The translations under genes and the position numbers were made by a program. 12,299 nucleotides of DNA, taken from positions 1 through 12,299 of the forward strand of contig JAWCFL010000047.1 in assembly GCA_038858525.1 (NCBI GenBank), given 5' to 3'. Source of the stretch: Candidatus Jordarchaeales archaeon (lineage in GTDB: Archaea > Asgardarchaeota > Jordiarchaeia > Jordiarchaeales > Freyrarchaeaceae). This document shows positions 6,450 to 12,299 of the stretch, one piece after another. The stretch's first letter is position 1, and every line of letters begins with the position of its first letter. Under the pieces are notes generated by a model. That model worked only from the letters and a program-made list of their open reading frames with translations. It searched no databases and was not told where the DNA came from.

Positions 6450-7265
6450 TTGAGCGGTTGGGACTCTAAGGTTTCCAAGGCAGCCCTATCTTGCTGCAGG
6501 AGGAGCCTTGATGCCCTAAAGGTCGTTCTTCAAGCGTGGCTTAACAGAGGGAAGCTGGAGGAGAGGAAAGTTCGACCGATAAGCAAGGTAGTCGTAGTTG
6601 CTGATGAGGGTATGATGGCGAGAGAGGCCGTCGGGGAGCTCCTGAAGGAGATGGGTGTTAAGTTCAGAAAGTCAGAGGGACAAGGACGGGTTGTCATGAC
6701 GGTTGATGGAGGGGGTGAAAGCTTCATCATAGAGGTGGTGGAGGGGGGCGAGGCGCAAGGCGGCGATGGGTTAACGCTGAGGGTTAGCAAGCCTGGTTTC
6801 GCTGAGAGAGTGGAGGCGTTAGGTGTTTTGGCGTCTGAGCTCGGAAATTTTGACCTGAGGAGCGTCGCCGAGGCTTGTGATGGATTCACGACGCTGGACG
6901 TTGTTAGGCTAGTCCAGTTTGCTGCTTCACGAAGCCTTGCTGATGGGAGGGATAAGGTGGAGGAGGACGACTTCATGGAGGGAGTCGCTGTTCTGCAGAG
7001 GAGGATAAACGTCTCTGAAACTCTTCCCGATGACCTCTCGGAGCAACTCTACCTTATGGCGGTCAGTGAAGGTGGTGACGGGTTCTCGGAGCTCGTCCAC
7101 CGAGTTAACGCCGGAGAGAAGCTTGACAGGAGGCTTGAAAAAATGCTTGCAAGATACTCGTTCATACTACTCGACGAGCCTGAAAAAAGAGTAGTCAAGC
7201 TCGCCAAGGCTAGAGCGAGCTATGAAAGGCTGAAAAAGGCTTTTGGAGGCGGACAGCGAAGTTGA
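6450..7265 (+). CDS. Degenerate (probably inactive) classic-clade AAA+ protein that retains the helical lid
   Basis: Residues ~110-185 (LRVSKPGFAERVEAL...FDLRSVAEACDGFTTLDVVRLVQFAASRSLADGRDKVEEDDFMEGV) follow the Cdc48/PAN/FtsH lid pattern P-x-x-x-x-R...DL-x-x-LA-x-x-T-x-GFSGADI...EAA...V-x-x-x-DF. No GxxxxGKT or hhhhDE motif was found. The start is TTG 6450 with RBS AGGTGG. Confidence 0.65.
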   Translation: MSGWDSKVSKAALSCCRRSLDALKVVLQAWLNRGKLEERKVRPISKVVVVADEGMMAREAVGELLKEMGVKFRKSEGQGRVVMTVDGGGESFIIEVVEGGEAQGGDGLTLRVSKPGFAERVEALGVLASELGNFDLRSVAEACDGFTTLDVVRLVQFAASRSLADGRDKVEEDDFMEGVAVLQRRINVSETLPDDLSEQLYLMAVSEGGDGFSELVHRVNAGEKLDRRLEKMLARYSFILLDEPEKRVVKLAKARASYERLKKAFGGGQRS

Positions 7266-10200
7266 GCGCATTCAGGCTGAAGTCTCTTTCTTTGAGAAAC
7301 TTTCTCACCTACGAATACGAGTCTTTAGACTTTGTAAGGGAGGGGATGATTGTCTTTATAGGCGGCAACGGGACAGGTAAAACCAGCCTCTTCAACGCCT
7401 TAAGGTTTGTCCTCGGATCAAACCAGAAGGATCAGAGGTACAAGTCTTGGAGCGAGTTCATAAATAACCGTGGCAACGCTAGGTCAGGGTGGGTTGAAGC
7501 GGTTTTCGAGGGGGATGGTGAATCGGTCAAGCTGAGGAGGGAGGTAAGGCGCGGAGAGGCTCCAAGGTTTTATGTCGATGGAAGAAGGGTTAGCGCGGAT
7601 GAGTTCAAGGAGATCGTGCGCGTTAAGCTGGGCGTTGACCCAGACAACCCTTTAGTTTTCGTTCCCCAGGGGCGGGTTGACGCTGTCAAGGAAATGGAGC
7701 CCGTGAAGCTGAGGGAGTTCGTGGAGGAGCTTGTCGGGCTGGCGGATGAAAGGAAGACCATTGACGAGAAAGAAGGCGAGTTTAGAGAAGCGCTGAGGGA
7801 AGCGGATGTCCTTAAGGAGGACGTCAGAATGATCCAGGAAAGGGTGGCGTTGCTAGCTCCGGAGGTTGAAAGGTGGAGGAGGAGAAAGCAACTAGAGGAG
7901 AAACTGAGGAGGCTTGAGGAGGAGGCTGTCTGGAGCAGGATAGAGGAGGGAAAGGCGAGGCTTAATGAACTTGCGAGGGCTGAGAGTGAGGCGGCGGCGA
8001 GAATGGAGGAAGCGTACGCGGCATTCAGGGAGGCGGCCGAGAGAGTTGAGAGGATGGAGACGGAAAGGAGGGTGGCGAAGAGCAGGATGGATGAGATCGA
8101 CAAGGAGGTTGGAAAGCTAAGGGAGGAGGAGGCGGAACTTAGTGCGAAAATCAAAGAGATTTTGAGGAGGCGGGAGAAGTCGCTGGAGGAAGTCGATAAG
8201 GGGAAAAGGGAGCTCGAAAAGGTTGAGAGAGACATTGAAGATCTGAGGGTGAAGATACGTGAGCTCGAAAACAGAAAAGCGGTGCTCGAGGAAGAAAGGA
8301 TGAGGCTAACAGAGAGGAGAGAGAAGCTTGTGGAGGAGCTTAATAATATTTCTGTGGAGAAGGAGAAGTTTAGAGGATGGGAGACCGAGTGGGTTGCGGC
8401 GAAAGCTGATTTTGAGCGGGCAAAGGAGAAGGCTGAGGCGTCAAACAAGAATAGAAGAATGGCTGAGGATGAGCTGGAGAGAGTGAGGAGGAAAATTTCG
8501 GAGTGCGCTCGAAGGGTTGCTGAACTCGCCGAGAAACTTGAAGGATATGACGAGGAAACCTTAAGGAAGAGGAGGGAGGAGCTAAGAAAGGAAAAGGAGG
8601 AACTTATAGCGAAAAGGAAGGATACCGAGGTAAAATTGAGAGGATGGGAAGAAGAAGCGTTAATGCTTAATAAGAAGGTTTCAAGTCTTGAAGCGCGAGT
8701 ACCAGAACAGGTTAGGAGGCTTGAGGAGGAGGTTAAAAAGAGGGGGATGAACGTTGAGGGGCCACTCCTTAAATTGGTCGAGGTGCCCGACGAGTACGCT
8801 GAAGCTGTTGAAGCTGTCCTTGGTAAGGAGCTGTTGGCATTCGTCGCCTTCAATGAATCCGACTTCTATGTTCTAAACGAGCTCAGAAAGAAGTATGATG
8901 CTTGGTGTACAATATACTTGTCGAAGGGGCTGAAAACGTCTACTTTGAGGAAGATAGATGGCGATGGAGTTGTAGGGTGGCTTGAAGAGGTTTTAAAGTT
9001 CCCCGACGAAGTTGGAGGAGTTTTAAGGGACATTACGCGAAGAACCCTTCTAGTCAAAGAGTACAGAAACGCCCTCGCGCTGAGCGGGAAGTACAAAAGG
9101 TTAAGGTTCGTCACGCTTAGAGGCGACGTCGTAGAGGAGAGGAGGGGTGTTTTGAGGAGCCCCTACAGGAAGCCTAGAGGACTCTTAGCCGTGAAAAGGC
9201 TCATGGAGGAACTGGAGGAAGCACAGAAAAACAGGGACTTGCTGGAAAGGGAGCTTAAAGCCTTGGATGAGAGGCTAAGCGAGGTGAGGAGGGAGGAGGG
9301 GAAAGTCGAGGGGGCGATCATGGTTCTCCCCCACTGGAAAAGTCTTCTGAGCGAGAAGATTCGCCTTGAAGATGAGGAGAAAAAACTGAGAGAGGAGGCG
9401 GAAAAAGCCAGAGAGGAGGCGGAAAAAGCCAGAGAGGAGCTGGAGAAGGCGAGGGCGAAGCTAGTAGAGGTTGAGAGCAGAAAGCCGAAGGATTACGTTG
9501 AGCTTGAAGAGGAGGAGAGAAGGGTAAAGGATGAACTGGTAAAGCTAAATCAGAGCATGAAGAAAGTGGAAGCGGAGTATGGGCGGGCGGTGAAGGAGAG
9601 AGAAAAGGCATTGTTAAGGCTCAAGGAGCTTGAGGTTTTCGGCGAGAGCTTATCGAGGAGCATTGAAGCTTTAATGGAGATTGTCACAATGGGGGACAAG
9701 GAGGCTAGTGACGCAACAAGAGAAATAAAAGGGCTGGAGATAAAGGCTAAGGAGTTGCTTGACGAGAAAAGAAGGCTAGAGGAATTGATTGAGGAGCTAC
9801 TTCAGACGTTGGGAAAGGAAAGAGAAAAAATGAGGGAGATGGGGGAAAGGCTTGGAGACAGGAGAAGTGAGGTAGAAAGGATAAGAAGCGAAGTTAGGAT
9901 TGTGAGGGAAGAAGTGGAGGGATTGGAGAGGGAGGCGGAGAGGAGAGGACTAAGGAAGCCGATTAAAGTTAGGCCGCTCTCCGAGGTTAAAGGTGAAATG
10001 GCTTTCCTTGAGGAGGAGCTTGCAGGTTTAGCGGATGTCGACGAGAAAGTTACGAGAGAGATGGAGGAGCTGGAGGAGAGAAGAAAACACGTGGCCAAGA
10101 AGCTTGGGGAGTTGGAGGAGGAGCTACGGGGCATCTTGGAGGAGCTGGAAAGGAGAAAGAAGGACTACATAGTTAAGCTGGTTGGGGTGGTTGAGGGCGT

Positions 10201-10621
10201 TGAAAAGTCGGTTAACGAGTTGCTTGCAATGGTTAACATGAAGTGTAAGCTGAACGTTAGGGGGGATTACAGTGATGCTGGAGTGGAGGTTAAGCTGAGC
10301 GTTAAAGGCGGGCCCATGATTAACGTTACATCAGTAAGTGGTGGGGAGAGGTGCTTCTTCGCTATAGCCCTTATAGCTGCACTACAGAAAGAGTCACGTG
10401 TCCCCCTCGTTTTCCTAGACGAGCCTTCAACACACCTCGACTCCGAGAACAGCGACAGGACGGGACGGATACTGAAGGAGGTGGCTCGTGAAAGGCAGGT
10501 TTTAGTTCTTGTTCCCGACAAGTATCTGGAGTTCGCCAAGCATGCCGATCAGTGCTATGGAACCGCCACTAAGGGTGTTGGGGGAGCGAGCATCGTTATC
10601 CCAGTCAGAATAGCCGGGTGA
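7262..10621 (+). CDS. smc: Structural maintenance of chromosomes (SMC) ATPase with globular hinge, Smc5/6-related motif set
   Basis: Walker A is GGNGTGKTS (34-42) and the Q-loop is FVPQGRV. Two coiled-coil arms of about 340-350 aa flank a hinge (~497-640, GPLLKLVEVPDEYAEAVEAVLG). The signature is VSGGER (1025-1030), Walker B/D-loop is FLDEPSTHLD and the H-loop is QVLVLVP. Its start overlaps the upstream stop as TTGA. Confidence 0.95.
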   Translation: MSAFRLKSLSLRNFLTYEYESLDFVREGMIVFIGGNGTGKTSLFNALRFVLGSNQKDQRYKSWSEFINNRGNARSGWVEAVFEGDGESVKLRREVRRGEAPRFYVDGRRVSADEFKEIVRVKLGVDPDNPLVFVPQGRVDAVKEMEPVKLREFVEELVGLADERKTIDEKEGEFREALREADVLKEDVRMIQERVALLAPEVERWRRRKQLEEKLRRLEEEAVWSRIEEGKARLNELARAESEAAARMEEAYAAFREAAERVERMETERRVAKSRMDEIDKEVGKLREEEAELSAKIKEILRRREKSLEEVDKGKRELEKVERDIEDLRVKIRELENRKAVLEEERMRLTERREKLVEELNNISVEKEKFRGWETEWVAAKADFERAKEKAEASNKNRRMAEDELERVRRKISECARRVAELAEKLEGYDEETLRKRREELRKEKEELIAKRKDTEVKLRGWEEEALMLNKKVSSLEARVPEQVRRLEEEVKKRGMNVEGPLLKLVEVPDEYAEAVEAVLGKELLAFVAFNESDFYVLNELRKKYDAWCTIYLSKGLKTSTLRKIDGDGVVGWLEEVLKFPDEVGGVLRDITRRTLLVKEYRNALALSGKYKRLRFVTLRGDVVEERRGVLRSPYRKPRGLLAVKRLMEELEEAQKNRDLLERELKALDERLSEVRREEGKVEGAIMVLPHWKSLLSEKIRLEDEEKKLREEAEKAREEAEKAREELEKARAKLVEVESRKPKDYVELEEEERRVKDELVKLNQSMKKVEAEYGRAVKEREKALLRLKELEVFGESLSRSIEALMEIVTMGDKEASDATREIKGLEIKAKELLDEKRRLEELIEELLQTLGKEREKMREMGERLGDRRSEVERIRSEVRIVREEVEGLEREAERRGLRKPIKVRPLSEVKGEMAFLEEELAGLADVDEKVTREMEELEERRKHVAKKLGELEEELRGILEELERRKKDYIVKLVGVVEGVEKSVNELLAMVNMKCKLNVRGDYSDAGVEVKLSVKGGPMINVTSVSGGERCFFAIALIAALQKESRVPLVFLDEPSTHLDSENSDRTGRILKEVARERQVLVLVPDKYLEFAKHADQCYGTATKGVGGASIVIPVRIAG
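9389..9439 (+). repeat. Perfect 21-bp in-frame tandem repeat (about 2.4 copies) in the SMC C-terminal arm
   Basis: AGAGAGGAGGCGGAAAAAGCC occurs at 9389-9409 and 9410-9430, with a partial AGAGAGGAG at 9431-9439. It encodes REEAEKA-REEAEKA-REE. Confidence 0.95.
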
Positions 10622-10636
10622 AGGGAGGGAAAATAA

Positions 10637-11185
10637 ATGATAGACGAGGTCTTGACGATGATCGAGGAGGGGAGAGTTGACCCTGCAGAGGTGAACCTTG
10701 GGGCACTCATAGTGGAGGTGAAAGAGGCAGTTGACCTGCGGGAGTGGAGCGAGAAGTTCTCAAGGCTGGTTCGCTTAGCAAGGCTCAAGGTTAGGGCGCT
10801 GGTTGAGAAAGTTCTTCAGCTAAGAGAGGGGAAGGCTTTCACCTTCGTTTCGCCTTCTTTACCATTGATCCCGTGGATTAGTTTCAGGGAGGCGGAGGTC
10901 GACCTTAAATCGCTCGTCGAGGCGTTCTCGAGAAGAAGACGTGTGGAGGACGAGTATGAGGAGGCGCTGCTAGAGAAAAAGGATGTCGTGGAGCTATGCT
11001 TGGTTGAGGAGAGGCGGCACAGGGAGGATGTTTTGAGGCGAGTTGCCGAGCTTGGAAGGGTAAAAGTGGAGGAGCTGCTCGAGGGTGGTATGCTAGAAAG
11101 AGTCTCAATTTTCGTAGAAGTTTTGAGATTAATAACAGAGGGAGTTCTGGGTTACGATAGGGACACGGGGGAGGTGTACGTTTGA
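10637..11185 (+). CDS. scpA: Short ScpA-like kleisin subunit
   Basis: The N-terminus (GRVDPAEVNL, DLREWSEK...ARLKVRAL) parallels ScpA IDPWDIDI and DLR...LRxKSxxL. The middle has VDLKSLVEAF. The C-terminal winged helix is RVKVEELL...RVSIFVEVLRLITEGVL...GEVYV. It lies directly after smc with RBS GGGAGGG. Confidence 0.8.
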   Translation: MIDEVLTMIEEGRVDPAEVNLGALIVEVKEAVDLREWSEKFSRLVRLARLKVRALVEKVLQLREGKAFTFVSPSLPLIPWISFREAEVDLKSLVEAFSRRRRVEDEYEEALLEKKDVVELCLVEERRHREDVLRRVAELGRVKVEELLEGGMLERVSIFVEVLRLITEGVLGYDRDTGEVYV

Positions 11186-11655
11186 GTGAGCATGAAGCGG
11201 TTTTCGCTGGATTAGCTGTTAGGGGGTGGAGGGGGATTAGCGTCAGCGATTTAGCTAAGACAATGGGGCTTAGAGGGGAGCTTGGAGAATGGTATGCTCT
11301 CAGAACACTAATCGGCGCTGCGAAGTACATGAGGCTCTTAGGGTTAACTCTCAGGTTTAACCCGGTGACGGGGACTTGGATAGTAACGTATCGCAGCAGG
11401 GAGACGGCCGGGGGGGCGGGGCTTCCTAGAAGGTTGAAGGCGACGCTGGCCGCTGTTGTCGAGGCTCAGGGCGGTCGTGGTAGCGCTCTGCTTGAGGACA
11501 TACAGAGGTTGAGGGGGAAAAGCAGGAGGAGTACGCTGGACGACCTTAGGGAGCTCGAGGAGATGGGGCTTGTTGAGCGTGTGGGAAAAAAGGAGTTTAG
11601 GATGGCGAAGGTGCTCGCCCCCTTCTTAGAAGAGGGGACGCAACACGGTTTATAG
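11182..11655 (+). CDS. Tandem winged-helix kite subunit (ScpB/Nse1/Nse3-like)
   Basis: wH1 is ISVSDLAKTMG...LLGLTLRFNPVTGTWIV. wH2 is LPRRLKATLAAVV...LEDIQRLRG...LDDLRELEEMGLVERVG, resembling ScpB LSxAALETLAII...IxxIRG...LxxxGLV. It has RBS GGAGGTG and a TTGA overlap with the kleisin stop. Confidence 0.75.
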   Translation: MSEHEAVFAGLAVRGWRGISVSDLAKTMGLRGELGEWYALRTLIGAAKYMRLLGLTLRFNPVTGTWIVTYRSRETAGGAGLPRRLKATLAAVVEAQGGRGSALLEDIQRLRGKSRRSTLDDLRELEEMGLVERVGKKEFRMAKVLAPFLEEGTQHGL

Positions 11656-12299
11656 TTTCCTGGCCTTCGCCGTCACGTCCTGCAGAACCACGTTAAGCGC
11701 TTTTATCAGTTCCATGTTTGTCGTGTATATTCCGACTGGTTGTGGCGCTGCGACTGCAAGTGCCATTTCCTCGTTGTCCCTGTTTATTATGTAGAGGTTT
11801 GATGGATAATGTCTGAGTTGCACGTTGGGGGGTAGGCTTGCAGGCTGAGCGCCTTTTGTGTCGGTGACTATTATGGTTCTCTGCCTTGCCATTTGCCTCA
11901 GCATGTCTAGCGGCACGTCATCTATTGATGGGACAACCATGGTTACCGTGCTTTTCGTGTTGAGGAGGAATGATTTTATGAGGAGGTCTATGTGGGGCTT
12001 CCCCGCTATTCTTCCGGTGTCCTCGAATGGCTGTGGTTCTGTCTCCTCAGCGAGCTTCGCTATTGCTGATATGGTTTCAAGTGAACGTGAAACGAGGCTC
12101 AAGCCCCTGTCGACTAACTCGGCAACTTGTAGCCCACTGCTCTTTATTAGGGACGAGGATTTTCCTGCGGAGGAGCGCAGAAGCTCGCTGAATAACGATT
12201 CAGTTGAAGAAACGCTCTTCCTCCATTCCTCTAGGCTCTCCCTGAATGATTTTGACGTGGCTTGCTCTGCTTCGCCCGCCGTTCTTGCCAGCTCCTCCG
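11650..12299 (-). CDS. C-terminal part of a long helical protein ending in a TrmB effector-binding-like (degenerate PLD-fold) domain; 5' end outside the window
   Basis: The frame of ORF 11650..12102 stays open upstream to the edge (EELARTAGEAEQATSKSFRESLEEWRK...). The C-terminal part (IAGKPHIDLLIKSFLLNTKSTVTMVVP...TIIVTD...IINRDNEEMALAV) resembles TrmB C-terminal domains. No HKD motif is present. Confidence 0.6.
   Translation of the reverse strand, partial: EELARTAGEAEQATSKSFRESLEEWRKSVSSTESLFSELLRSSAGKSSSLIKSSGLQVAELVDRGLSLVSRSLETISAIAKLAEETEPQPFEDTGRIAGKPHIDLLIKSFLLNTKSTVTMVVPSIDDVPLDMLRQMARQRTIIVTDTKGAQPASLPPNVQLRHYPSNLYIINRDNEEMALAVAAPQPVGIYTTNMELIKALNVVLQDVTAKARKL

Noticed and set aside
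7570-8853. 427-aa antisense ORF inside smc, plus the other antisense or overlapping ORFs (8866, 9318, 9802, 10267, 10555, 10905, 6530, 5265, 5766, 3422, 3757, 2709, 2941, 2948, 3135, 1512)
   Set aside because: These are shadow frames. Many are S/L/F/P-rich mirrors of the purine-rich, E/K/R-coding sense strand. They have no recognisable motifs and lie within or largely overlap well-supported genes.
7262-10621. Rad50/SbcC call suggested by the LDEPS Walker B
   Set aside because: There is no central CxxC zinc hook, a globular SMC hinge is present, no Mre11/SbcD gene is adjacent, and kleisin and kite genes follow.
294-10621. Functional link between ssb and the SMC operon
   Set aside because: They are on opposite strands, 6.5 kb apart and separated by unrelated genes. 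Nothing in the sequence supports co-regulation.
11410-11416. G7 homopolymer in the kite linker as a phase-variation site
   Set aside because: The run is too short, the frame is intact, and G-runs are common in this G-rich strand.
7262-11655. Canonical Wadjet (JetABCD/MksBEFG) call
   Set aside because: No Toprim JetD gene is in the window, the kleisin is far shorter than JetA, the gene order is smc-kleisin-kite, and the kleisin N-terminus is ScpA-like. Only a functional analogy is kept.

Overview
Gene-dense archaeal window, probably from a thermophile. Supporting signs are TTTAAATA-type TATA boxes, GGAGG/GGTG ribosome-binding sites, T-tract terminators, a single-OB-fold SSB and E/K/R-rich proteins. 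The TACK or Asgard-type lineage is an inference. The left part holds a small winged-HTH gene that the ORF track missed (cut by the window edge), an SSB, an Old Yellow Enzyme-family flavin oxidoreductase, and a vapBC toxin-antitoxin pair with a repeat-built operator. The main feature is a tightly coupled six-gene plus-strand operon at 3050-11655: MoxR-type AAA+ ATPase with a Cys cluster, HExxH metallopeptidase-vWA(MIDAS) fusion, degenerate AAA+ protein that keeps only a recognisable lid, full-length hinge-type SMC with Smc5/6-like motifs, short ScpA-like kleisin, and tandem winged-helix kite. A 26-bp near-perfect palindrome precedes the operon. At the right edge is the 3' part of a long helical protein with a TrmB-like C-terminal domain. 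No rRNA, tRNA, CRISPR array or transposase was seen. Family assignments come from motif recognition by eye, not database searches.
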